Assembly (NCBI GenBank): GCA_030637655.1
Contig: DAOWGI010000031.1
Span: 1 to 64,000, forward strand
DNA: 64,000 nucleotides
From: a candidate division FCPU426 bacterium
GTDB lineage: Bacteria > Oederibacteriota > JAAXVQ01 > JAUVAV01
Direction of reading: 5' to 3'
A model generated the notes under the pieces. It saw nothing but the letters and a program-made list of their open reading frames with translations, was not told the DNA's origin and ran no database searches. This document shows, in pieces, positions 14,417 through 26,500 of the stretch (positions within the stretch are counted from its first letter, which is position 1; every line of letters starts with the position of its first letter). The position numbers and the translations under genes are program-made.

Positions 14417-17104
14417 ATGCTTGAGTTTGAGCAGAATCCCAAAATGAAGAAGCGTAATAAAAGCAGCGCGCTGCTTGGCGTCTGCTTAACTTTGCTGGGA
14501 TTTACCATTGCCGGATATGCCAGGGACGCAACCGCGAAAATAGAACCCCGTAAACAGGCTGAGCAGATGTACAACCTGCTCAAAGATCGTTGTTCCATTA
14601 AAAATTACACCTGGGATCATTTGGCTGAGGATTTTACTGTTACTTTCACACTCTTGGATGGGAGCGTACTGACTTACAATGCGCGGGGTTGTCTCATCCG
14701 GCGTCAAGCGCCCAATGGTCTGGAAACCCACTATGAGAAAGGTTTTCCGGTTAAAAAAATATCGCCGCCAGGTGAGGTCATATCCCAAACCGAATATGTC
14801 CGGTCCTCCCAGGAAAAAATTAAATGCGCGGTAACCCGACAAAAAGGATTTCTGACAGCAAGTTTTTATACGGAAGACGGTGATATTCAGCACGAAACCA
14901 TACATACGCCGGCCGGCCGGCTGTATCGTTACAACTTTACTTGGGCCGACGATCGCAGAACTTATAACTATTATGAGACGCGTGCCTGGGATGGGAAGAC
15001 CAGCTACTTTTGTGTTTCCGCGAACACAGGACTTATTAGGGAACAGTGGCGGGTAACGACGGACTTGCGGCAAGTGTGGGAAGAGCAGCATCGGGTATTT
15101 ACAAAATTGCTCATACGGAGATTTGAAGACGATTATTCGGATCGTTCACAATTTAAAAAAGATGAGCACGGACAAATCCGCGGTGATGTGCTTTTAAAAA
15201 ATATACAACCCAACAAAATGCTTCCGCTTGACGTTTTTGACAAATATATGCAAAAAGGCAACCTGCAGTTTGAGGCTGGATGGAAGTATATAGATTGCTC
15301 GGAGGTGGTGATCTTCCTGCCGTTAGTCGAATTTGTCGAACAAAAACGAGTGATCGCGCAAAAGGTGAAGGTGAAAAAAACCCAAGTATATGTCTGGGTG
15401 AAAAAACGGCGAAAATGGGTCCAATATCCATATGATTCACGGAAGGAAAAGATAATTCCCGGCAACCGGCGGGGCGATGCGCGCCTTGAGGCTCGTTTCC
15501 CCAAAACGGATTGGAAAGTTATTCCTGAAAAGATGGGGAAAATGAAATTAAATGTGCGCCTGCAGATCCCGCCGGAATTATTGGAGCAACAGCGTCTCCA
15601 TCTCTCTCAGCAGCAATATGCTGATCCGGATTTTTATGACCTGTATGCTCTGATGCCTTCGGCTCAGGAAAAAAGCTCTGAGCCCACGCCGGCGGTCCGG
15701 GCGGGCCGGGTTGTGACCCGTTTCGCCGGGCAGGAACTAAAAACCTTCAAGTTGGAATTGATCCAGCAAATTAAAAATCAATTGCAGAACAGTCCGCAGC
15801 TTAATCAACGCGATAGCCGGCAACAAACCCAAGCCCAGGTAATCTTGCGGGCCCTGCGGCCTGAGCAGGTACTCTTTGTAAAAGAACTCAAATCGCAGCT
15901 TAAACAGTTGCGGTGTATAGAGCATCCGGCCTTTGCTGAAATACGGTATCGGGAATTGGAAATATTTTTACCCAAAGTACAAAAACAAAAAGTGTTTAAA
16001 ATTATCAATCGCGTAAAAGAAAACCGAGGTCTGGTAAAAATCTGGAAAGAAGATGCGGATCATCCGGCCGGTGGATATTGGACCACGTACACGTTGCGTC
16101 CTTTTCGCGATAAGTTGTGCCAACGAGGCGGCCACTTGATTATTCAAGTGGATGAAAGCCGTTTTGAGTGGATACTATCCTCAGAGCGGCAATCCCTGAG
16201 GGTTTCCGGTTCGGTCTTTCTGGCCAAGGGTTCCGGGAAAAAGATCATTCCGGCCAGGGCAACAACAACCGGGATTGCTGCTGCCACAGAAGATAAGCTG
16301 ACGGCATTGGAAAGCCTGGTGCCATTATCCGGTCCGGCCGGGCAAAACAAACTTCCCAAAGTGCTGCAGGCGGCAATTCCGGATATTCGTTTGGGAATAG
16401 GACTTCAGTGTTGGTTGCTTACCAAGACAGCCGGCTGGTTAGGGCGCGGACGCTCTGGAGTGCGGGTACTACAGAGCGCTACTCCTGCCAGGGGTGGTGA
16501 GGTTAAGGTCCTGGAAAAATTGGATTGGTGGGGACACGTAAATGGATACCAACGTGTATTCCTACAAAATCAAAAAGAGCGTTTGCTGGAAACCTACAAT
16601 CAGGAAAAGCAGTTAACCTCAATGCGTGATCTTTTAGGGAGCACATACCAGGTTACGTATTTGGCAGACAATAAAATTGAGGTCGTACGCACACAGGGCG
16701 GGCAACAACAGGTGCTGCGTTTTGAGCAGGGTCAGTTAAAAACCGTTTTGCTCAGTGCCGGCAATCAACTTGAGTATAACAGTAATGAGAAAATGCATCA
16801 GGTTAATTTGCTTACTGAAAAAGGGGAAGTCGTTTTTGAGAAACTGTATTTAACTTCCGGGAAACAAGTAGGAATGAAGTTTGCGCAGGGTGAAAAGATT
16901 GCCTATCATTACCAGAAAAATAAATTAATTCAAATTCTTTTAATGAACAAGGAAGGGCAAACAGCACGCTTGCTGGTCAACAAAAAAGGCCGGATAGTAA
17001 AACAATCCGGCAATGGAAAAATAATTTATTTTGCCAAAAAGCAACTGGATTTCATTTTGCCGGATATTTTTACACCTGTAACAATTCAATTTGGGCTAAA
17101 ATAA
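14417..17104 (+). CDS. Secreted hypothetical protein (895 aa) with degenerate YD/RHS-like repeats in N- and C-terminal parts
   Basis: Signal-like N-terminus; TYNARGCLIRRQAPNG, TYNQEKQLTSMRDLLG, EYNSNEKM; 11 bp after the previous gene. Confidence 0.75.
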   Translation: MLEFEQNPKMKKRNKSSALLGVCLTLLGFTIAGYARDATAKIEPRKQAEQMYNLLKDRCSIKNYTWDHLAEDFTVTFTLLDGSVLTYNARGCLIRRQAPNGLETHYEKGFPVKKISPPGEVISQTEYVRSSQEKIKCAVTRQKGFLTASFYTEDGDIQHETIHTPAGRLYRYNFTWADDRRTYNYYETRAWDGKTSYFCVSANTGLIREQWRVTTDLRQVWEEQHRVFTKLLIRRFEDDYSDRSQFKKDEHGQIRGDVLLKNIQPNKMLPLDVFDKYMQKGNLQFEAGWKYIDCSEVVIFLPLVEFVEQKRVIAQKVKVKKTQVYVWVKKRRKWVQYPYDSRKEKIIPGNRRGDARLEARFPKTDWKVIPEKMGKMKLNVRLQIPPELLEQQRLHLSQQQYADPDFYDLYALMPSAQEKSSEPTPAVRAGRVVTRFAGQELKTFKLELIQQIKNQLQNSPQLNQRDSRQQTQAQVILRALRPEQVLFVKELKSQLKQLRCIEHPAFAEIRYRELEIFLPKVQKQKVFKIINRVKENRGLVKIWKEDADHPAGGYWTTYTLRPFRDKLCQRGGHLIIQVDESRFEWILSSERQSLRVSGSVFLAKGSGKKIIPARATTTGIAAATEDKLTALESLVPLSGPAGQNKLPKVLQAAIPDIRLGIGLQCWLLTKTAGWLGRGRSGVRVLQSATPARGGEVKVLEKLDWWGHVNGYQRVFLQNQKERLLETYNQEKQLTSMRDLLGSTYQVTYLADNKIEVVRTQGGQQQVLRFEQGQLKTVLLSAGNQLEYNSNEKMHQVNLLTEKGEVVFEKLYLTSGKQVGMKFAQGEKIAYHYQKNKLIQILLMNKEGQTARLLVNKKGRIVKQSGNGKIIYFAKKQLDFILPDIFTPVTIQFGLK

Positions 17105-17285
17105 AAAAATCAGCTATTATTCAGGAATATGATTGAAAGTATTGGTTTTTTTAGAATGGAGTAAAATTAATTTCCAGCGAACAATTGACAAAATACTTAC
17201 ATTAACGTGGTTTTGCTATTTTTTTACAGTTATATATAGGTAATTTCCTGCTTGTTCCAATTCAAAACATTTTCGTTCCGCCTGT

Positions 17286-17314
17286 TTGCGAGTCTTGATT
17301 TCCTATGCTATACT
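17286..17314 (+). promoter_or_regulatory. Putative sigma70 promoter for giant gene 2
   Basis: TTGCGA-17 bp-TATACT with extended -10 TG. Confidence 0.5.
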
Positions 17315-17365
17315 AAAATTAGTATAATATTATTTATTATCTGTTGTGGAAGTGTGTTTTCTTAA

Positions 17366-17444
17366 GTTTGTCATTCCCGAGGGTTTAATCGGGAATCTGG
17401 TTTTTAAACCGTATCCCCGATACAAGCATTCGGGGATGACAAAC
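17366..17444. repeat. GTCATTCCCG-type composite palindrome in the 5' leader of giant gene 2
   Basis: gtttgtcattcccga..tcgggaat ... atccccga..tcggggatgacaaac. Confidence 0.7.
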
Positions 17445-17530
17445 AAAATAAATCGCGTGACTGATATTTTACGTTGTATTTTTGTATATGAATGTACGCG
17501 AAAGCATAATAAAAAGGGAGAGTAATCCTT

Positions 17531-20500
17531 ATGTTGCCAAATATCAAATTCCCCAAATTGGATATCGCTGCCGCCTTGAGTTTGAGCGCCTGGCAGAAGT
17601 CCCATCGTCAATTGTGGACCAAAGTCCTGGTCATCATGATATCCATAACATTCCTGTTACCCTATGTCTCCTTTGCTTTTCAACCGGGAACTTATCCAAC
17701 AGACCTGGTAGGAGCGTTTGGGTACACACCATTAAAAGCCAATGGCGCGGCTATTCACATCAAACCCGAATGGGGACGCGTGACGAGCAGTTTCCACGGC
17801 ACGTCAAACAAGACCATTGTATATATTCAAGACCTGCACTGCAATTACGAGGTCCAAAGCAATATTAGTTTCATGCTGGAACGTTTGCTGAAAAAAAACG
17901 GCCTGCGTTTGGTTGGTGTGGAAGGCGAGAGCACGCCCATCAATGTGAGCCAGCTTTCCTCCATACCTATTTTAGAAGTGAAAAAAAGCGTGGGCCAATA
18001 CTTTTTACAGCGCGGCCGCATCACCGGGCCGGAATATCAATCCATAATGAGCAAGCAGCCGCTGATATTGCAGGGCATTGAATCGGAAAGCTTGTATTTG
18101 GACAATAAAGACACCTTGTTGAAATTCTTAAATGAAGAAAGCCAGGGATATTGCGAGGATCTGCGCTATGCTTTGGAGCGCTTGAAAAGTCCCTTGTACA
18201 ATATAGAACTGGCTAAGCTGGATCACAAGCAAGAAGATTATGACCTGGAAAACATCACACTGGAAAACTATTGCGATTTTCTCCTGCTGGAAGCGAAAAA
18301 AGCCGGGGTGGAGATCAAACCGTATAAGGTTATGCGTTTATATGCCATTGATCACAAACTTCCGATTACAGCGGCAGTGGATTATGAAAAACTTTTGGCA
18401 GAGGCTCAAGCTCTGGATCGCGCGATTCGCGGCAAATACTATACGTCACCAGAGCAGCGCCGTTTGGATCATTATATTTATGTGCTAAAGATAATGGAAA
18501 ACCTGGTGAACATCAGCGCCACCCAGAAGGATCTCACCTATTTCCGCAGACACCGCGAGGAATTCAAGATCACCAACCTGCTGCATTTTCTGGAAGACAT
18601 TAGTTACCGTTTTGCCCTTCATCCGGATATGGATCCAGGAATTTTAAAAATGGATGAATATTTGAATCTGGCGGCAAAGTTCTACCTGGTGGCGGACGAG
18701 CGTTCGCATGCTTTTGTGGAAAACCTTACCCGCGCCATGAAAAAACACCAACAAAATACGTCCGTGCTAATCACCGGCGGTTTCCATGCCGCGCACGTGG
18801 AAAAAGCGCTGCGCAGCCAAAACATCTCCTTTATTACGGTCAAGCCGCGTATTACGCGCACAGATGTGGAGAACCCCTATTTTTCGCTATTGCGCAATCA
18901 AAAGACGCCTCTGGAGCGGTTGCTGGCGCAGAATGAAAACATCTTTGCTGTGCGCAGTTTCTTTAGCCGGCTGCTTAATTTTAAATTAAATAGACGCTAT
19001 ATGGAGACCATGTGCGAAATAGTAACAGGGTATCAACTGGCTGTAAAACAAGGTTTGCGTGGCGATGATCTGCAAACAGCTTTCATAAACGCGCGCAAGA
19101 AAAATCCTGCTGACAATCCAAATCTCAATATTCAATTAGTGGAGGAAAGTTCCAATCCTAAGAACAAGGTCTTTGTGTTCAGGTTTGTTAATGACGAAGA
19201 AAATACTCATGTGGTGATCCGGCCCAACCAGACCACAAATTATCAGACCATGGTAGAGTCCGAGGTCCTGTATGGAAATAATTACCAGTTCGAGTTTGTA
19301 AGCGCGGAGTATTTTAAAGACAATAGGGCCGCAATCTTAGGCACACCAGCACCCAAGCGCGCGGGCGTCAAAGCTCTCACTGATATGGTGTTACAAATCA
19401 GCGGCATTACCAATCCCATTACCCGGGCCATTGGCGGTTTGGCTCTCGCGCTGGGAGTGGGCAAACACCAGCCAACCTTGACTGTTGGTTTAGGCCGCCT
19501 GAGTTTGATCGCCTGGTTAATTAACGCGGGAAAACTGCTATCCGCGCTGGGTTCAGGTTTTTCGAATATTACTCAATCCATGGCCACGGGCTGGAGGCAA
19601 TGGCATGTCAATTTCGCCGAGCGCAATTCGCTGCTAATGGCCTGGATCGCGGGTATTTCTTTCACTTTGCTGGCCCACAGCGTAATAATGGGAGCAACGC
19701 CTCTGGTGCCAATAGCGTTTATGGCTGCTTTTACCTGGAGCATAGGTTCTTTAATGCATAACAACTGGTTTCAGCCCTTGGCAAGCTTGGTTTTGCTTCC
19801 GCGGGACGATCTTATAGCCCGTGCCGTACAGTGGGGGCGCGAGGCATATGGTTTTGGTGAAAATGATATTGTCAGCACCCCCCGTGAAATTATCCTAGAA
19901 AGAATCATGACCTTGGCCCAAGGCAATCCTGTACTGGCGGAGTTTATCGACAATCGCGCGGACCGTCTGGCCCTGGCAGGCATGGCCTACAACGAAGGCC
20001 AGAAAACCTGGACAGCCGGCACGGCAATTGGAAATGTTGAGGCCCTGGCCCAGGATTTCATGGAAGCGGAGACCCTGGCTGAGCAGCTGGCAGCGGGAAC
20101 TAAAATCGCGAATTTAAAATCCACAGGCAATTCCCCGTTGGCTGAGCTGATTAGAAATCTGCAAGCCAAACCAAACCTTGAAACAGAGGAGATTATCTTA
20201 GGCATGCAGCATGCTTTGAATCCGGAACGATTAATGCCTGAGTGCATCTCACCCGCGCAAAGAGAGGCAATCAAAACCGTGCTGGCTGATTTCAAGAATG
20301 TGAAAGTTAAATTAGTACAAGTGGGATTAATAAACGACGTGGATTTCACGCCTGGGGTCAAGCAATACGCTGCCATGGATGAAAAACTAAAAGAGCTGCT
20401 GGGCGAGTTTGGCAAGCAGATGGAAACATACGCTATTGAATATGTTTCAGGTGATATTGAGAGAAGAAGGACCGCCGTAGCCAAAGCAGAAGTTTTAGCT

Positions 20501-23500
20501 AAGTTGAAACCCTATTCCCTACAAGTAAAGTATTTAAGCGATATTATAACAAATGCTAAAGCAGTTATAAACAAAGCTGCTGATTTGGGCGATTTTCTGA
20601 AAGGCTCAGAAGCTGCCAGGATAGCAACGCAGAGTGTCCGGGCCATGATCGCGAATGCCACTCCGCTGGTAGAAGCATATGCTAATATTGAGCAAGCCCT
20701 GGCAGCGCAGGATTTTAGTGTGGAAAAAGCCCAAGCGCTATTGGAGGCAATTGATCGGGAATTTGCCGATATTGAGGCGGTGATGGCAATTTCTGATCAA
20801 ACCTGGAAATTGCGAAATCAAATAACCGCATATAACGCGCAAGTAAAAGTTGAACAACCAGCAGCAGTAAAAGCAGCGTCCCGGCAAAAAGCTGAAAAAA
20901 CAACCGAGGATATTCTGAACCGCGCCGCGCCTATGAATAAAGCAACAGATGAAAATGTGCTGAAAATTCTGGCAGCCAATTTAAAGATTTTGGGATTCAA
21001 AATTCTAAACAACGGACAGGCAGTGCTTAGCGCTAAGGCCATGAGGCAAAAGGTGAGGAAAATCAAGGGGCGGATTGCCAGGGAGAGAAAGATACTGGAC
21101 AAGAGTTTCCGTATCTTATCGCGCAAAAAAGATTTAACCAAGAATGAGGACGAGGAATTGGGCAGGCTCCGCCGGGTTTTAAGCCAACATGACGACGCTC
21201 TTATGGAACTCCGGGAAATCAGCTTGGCATTTAAGGAAAGCGGCAACCTTACTTTTGATATCCGTGTGTCAGAGGAAATGGAGTCAGATCAGCAGGTCAT
21301 TTTATCAGCAGTTGGCAATGTGATTTGTTTTAACGCGAAGAATATTCCCCGGTTTTCCGCCAAAAAATCCCGCGCCCAGCTCATGCGGCGCATAGCGAGA
21401 GCAAGCGGTCATATTGAGGGCTTGGAACTGACTCAACTGGGAAAAGACCGGCTGAATATAATTAGCAAACTCCTGGCCGGTTATAAATTGAAGGGCACCG
21501 ACATGGCCTTTGTTGCCGAGAGCAAGCGCGCGTTTATGGGCACACAAACAGCAGAAGGTCGTCCGGCGCTGGGAGTGTTCTGGACTGCGCAACAGCGCGA
21601 TGTGATGAAAGAATGGTTGAGCAGCCAGAGGTGGCAAGACTATTTGAATATTTTTGCCATGTTTGATAAAGCGATACCTACAGATGAGTTACAAAGTATG
21701 GTGCCGGGAAATGAAGCGGATAAAACACACCAGCTAGGCGTGGCCGCGCTCGAGCAAATTACCGAAGCCTTGGTACAAAGCGAAGCCAGGATGTTTTCCG
21801 GAGCCGATGTGCTGGAAGTTTTGAGGCATATGGTGGAAAGCCGCTTGTCTGTGCAAAATGCGGTTAAACTTTTCCAACAGGAACAGGTGGATTATACTGG
21901 AGAGAAACTACTGGTAGAATATGAAAATTACGAAGAAACCCAAGGACCTATCACCAGCGTTAAGGCTGTGCATTCCTTTATTAAAACGGTTTTTGAGGGA
22001 GAAGCCATTGCCATCACCCCGGCCCTGCGGATGTTTGTAGATCGCCTGATAGCCAATGAACAGGAAGCCTTGGGTGATGACAATTACGCAATGGAACTCT
22101 ATTTGAATTTTGAAGAGCAAGCCGGACAAAAACTGGCCGGTTTGCCCACTGCCTGGCAGGTGCAAATAACAGAAAAGTTGCGCTCTGCTTTGGACAATGC
22201 CCTGAGCAGAAACGCAGAGTTAATAGACCTGCTGATTGCCAAAAAATTGGAAAGCCTATTCAAAACCCAGGAGGCAGTGGCTTACGCGCTGCGCAATTCC
22301 CCTCAATTTCTGCGCGGTAATTTTCCGGACAAGATATTTAAGGGCAAGCAGAATCTAATTATTAGTAAAATGCGTCAAATAGACAGGTTTTGGTTTTTGA
22401 ACCAGACAGCTAAGCTAAATGATGAAGGCAGCTATAGCAACAGAGCGCCTCCGCTTATTGAACGCTTTATGCGTGATCTGCAAGCTGCCCTTACCAAATC
22501 CAGCTCTCAGCGCATCTATTTCGCGTTTTTCTTCTCACTTGCCCTTGTTCTCATAACCCAAGCGATCATCCTGGGTTTTCCAGTAACAGCCATGATTCTG
22601 GGACCGAATATTGTTCCAATTGCGATTATCTTGGTTTCCTCGCTCATACTCAGTATTCGATCCAAACTCCCTTCATCCTGGTTAAAAATAGGCACAACCG
22701 TGATAAGTCTCTTTGCTATCGTATTTAGCGGTTATATGATTTTAAGCGGCAACCTCTCTGCCGCGCCGCTGAGCAGCATGGCTCCTCAGCCGGAGGAAAT
22801 TGCAAGCAGCCTATCAAGCAATTTCAAACCCTGGGCACCGGGCGCTTTAGTGTTCTTGGCTGGGATTTCCCGGCCAATTGGGCATGGCTTAGCTTCTATA
22901 AAAAAATGGGCAGCCGGCAGCAAAGAACCAAGAATGCTGGACGCTGTTGAAGGTGAGGCCAAATTAATAGAGATGCTGAAAGAAACCGGCAATGCTTGGA
23001 TCGTTTCCAGCGATGTCGATTCTTTAAAATTATATAATAACTTTTACGGCAAAAAGATCACGAATGTGATTTTGGATGAAATAATAGAGACACGGGTAAA
23101 CGCGCTGCATTCACCCCAAGTAAAGGAAATTATTAAGAAATATGGAATTACTTCAGATGAGCTTTATGCCTCCCGGCCCAGCGGAGATGAAGGCATGGAT
23201 ATTCTGCCCGAGAAGTTAAGTTCAGAGGATGTCACCGCGATAATGAACATTGTCCGCCAGGCCATTCCTCAAGCCTTGCACCTTAAATATATGGCCTATG
23301 ATATTAAAGGGAAACAGACCCCGGACCAGGAGAAAAAATTAAGGAAAGCGGCAAATGCCTATAATGCCAAGGCCAAAGACGAACAAAAAGTTCGGGTGTT
23401 TAGGGATTCTGATTCTGATTTGCGGCTCTTAGTAAAAGTGGAAGGCAAAACAGATTTGGGCAATAAAATAATTGAAGAATTAAATTTAGCAGATGAAAAG

Positions 23501-26500
23501 GGAGCGCTGCACGCGGTTCCCATCACTTTGTCCCAGAATATTACCAAATTGGATTATCCGGACAATGGATATATGTTGACGCCCACCTGCACCTTTGGAG
23601 CGAGCCAAGCCGGCCGGGTTTTGGATAAGGAAGAGGATTTTAAAAAATGGGCTCTGGCTGCCTTTAAGCTGGCGGACAGGCTTCTCTTGCGGGGCAAAGA
23701 CGAGGGCAAAAATAAAGTTGTGGTTGATGATTTGGAAGAGAAGTTTGAAAAATTATCGCGCCCGCCGCCTAAAGAAGGATTTATGGATAAAGACCAGATA
23801 GCCGGGATAACCGAGGCCAGGGAAGCGCATTTGAAAAATCTGGACAAGAAGGACGCGGCCGGCAATAAACTATATGATCAGCTGGTTCCTTACCACTTTA
23901 GTATTGATGGTTTAAAACAAAAAATTAAAGAGAGATTGCAAGAACTTAAAGGAAGGGATGATTTTGAGCCTGAAATCCATTTTGCCCGCGCTTCTTCGGA
24001 TAGAGGCCCGGACAAAATACTGGTTTTTGTTCTCACACCACAAGGCAGCGCTAGTTTTAAATTAGAAGGCAGCACTGGTGTGGAATTGGAAGGCAGTTAT
24101 GCTTTTGAAGGCGAGGAAAATCAAGGATTCGCGGCAGTCAATGAGAGATATGACCATGCCGGCGGAAATGTTGTAATCTCGCTGCCCCACTATATTATCC
24201 ACCAGATGACACAAGCGAATAGACATAATTGGTTAAACCCGAATGATTTACAGGGTTCATTTGAAATTTTTGTAAAACAGCTCGAGCAAGAAATGAATTT
24301 GCCGGACAATCAGGTCGAAATTAATCTGTCCGGCGCTTGTTGTGGTGTTTCGACCAATGATTTATTCGCTCATTTAGAAGACGAAGCTGAAATTGATGCC
24401 ACTATCGGTGAAATGTTTAGAAGCCTGGAAGAAACAATGCTGGCAAAAAGTGAGGAAGACTTAGGCAAGATCACAGCTCATGATCACGAAGAACATCAGC
24501 CCCTGGCGCTTGCCCGTCGGGCAAGACTCGGAAAACAAGCAACAATAAAGCTTTTTAAAAATAAACAAGCACAGCTGCGTATGGTGAAAGAAGTAAGAGA
24601 AGCCAGGGCTGAGTTAGCTAAAGCAAAAGCAGACAAAGCCCCCGTCTTTCTAAGCGCCGCATCCCTCCTGGGCCTGGCATCGCCATTTTTAAGTGGATTG
24701 GATATTTCGCCCATCATTACAGCCGTCCTGGCTTTTGGCGGGATTATTGGCAGCCTGTTTTTACTGGAAAACAGCTTTAAAACCTTTAGCACTATATTCA
24801 GACAATTGAAAACAGCCTTCACGCCTGCGGCCTGGCGTCAATACTTGGCCTGGGCGCGAGCCAACCCCATGATCATATTAGCTATCGGCGCGGGCCTGTA
24901 CGCGCTGTTCAACCCGGAGGCTAGCGGAGAGACCGGCTACCTGGCGGCCATGGGCATCATCGGTCCGTCCTTAGAATTAGTGGATAAAGATATCAGGGTA
25001 AAGGATACAAACAGCGAAGAATTTGAAAAGTTTGTCCAGGAAAATACAGAATCAAGGGAGTTGAGAAAATTAAAAATATGGGTTAGCGACCAAACTGGAT
25101 CAGCTGGTTATAATGTTTTCAGCCCTGCGCAGCCGCTTACGGAAACAAGAATTAGTGAAAAAGTGTCCAAACTGACAGATGAGAGTTTAGAAACAATGGC
25201 CAAAAAAGGCTTAATGGCCATCAGAACAGAACTGGAGGTTAAACTCGGCTTTTATTCCGAGGCCGATTTGAATGAAGCGTTTAAATATTGTGTAAGAAAA
25301 AATAATACAATGAAAGTAGCAGATGCAGTTGCGACAATCAAAAAAAAGCGTTTGGAATATGCTGCGCAAAACAGTGAGCAGGTGGATTTTTATCTTAAAG
25401 TTAAATTCTTTTTAAACAATGTGAAGAACGAGAATATTAAGAATATTAAGCCCGAAGTGGTTAAAAATTTCCTGGATTTTATCCGGGAGCAAGGTTATTC
25501 CGTAGAACATATGCAGCACACTCCCGAAAAATTCATTGAAAAATTTATAACGGCAAAAAACCCATCCAACGAGTTGGGTGAGAGTGAAGAAATAAAAACC
25601 CAGATTAATCAGATAATAGCTGCGTTACCTGAAAAGAGAGAGAGCGAAGAGTATTCTATAGATGGGCCGGCAATAGCAGAGGCGATAAATGGATTTAAGG
25701 CATTTTATTTAGATACTTTTAGCAGTCTCGGTCAAAATAATCCGGAGGCTATTGGTTTTGTTTATTCCCGCTTGGAGGCGTGGAAATTCAGGGTGAATGA
25801 GAATGAACGTGAAAAGGTGGATGGGGTTGCAGTAAATGTAAATGACGTAAAATATGGGAGACTGTCTTCCGATATTAAAAAGACCGTAGGAATGTTAAAA
25901 GCGTTCATAGCTAAACAACAGGTCATACGCTTAGAAAAGCAGGCTGTTGATGTTGTTTTAACCACTTCAGAGGATCAGAAATGTTGGACGAAGTTCGGAA
26001 ATGACGATTATGCGGCGCTGGAAAAACTTGTAACTGCCCGTGAACAAGCAAGGGCTGCTGCGGATTTTGAAAAAATAAAGCAAACATTTTTAAAACGTAT
26101 TGCGGAGGTTTCATACTTCGGGACCATGGCAGATCTGCGAAATCTCAATTATTTTTATCAGCTAATACTCGCAGCGATTACCGACCAGGAATACAAAGAA
26201 TTGTTGGAAAACGGAAAAATAGAGAAAGACTCTCAAGAAAACCAGCGAAAGGTGCTGCTGGGGTTAGAAGAAAACGGCCATCCTGAAATTGCAGCGCAAT
26301 TGGTATTGTATTATGAGGTGATAAACGAAGTTTTGGAAGGCATAGACGAAATAGACGTAGACTGGGACCAAGTGCGGCAAAATATTGAAAGGGTGTGCCT
26401 GGAAAAAAGCATAGCCAACGGAGTTATGGCGCCAAAAGTAGCAGGATCGAATATACTGGGGAAACCTGAAGCGGGGAATATTCCGGGTGTTTCATTATTC

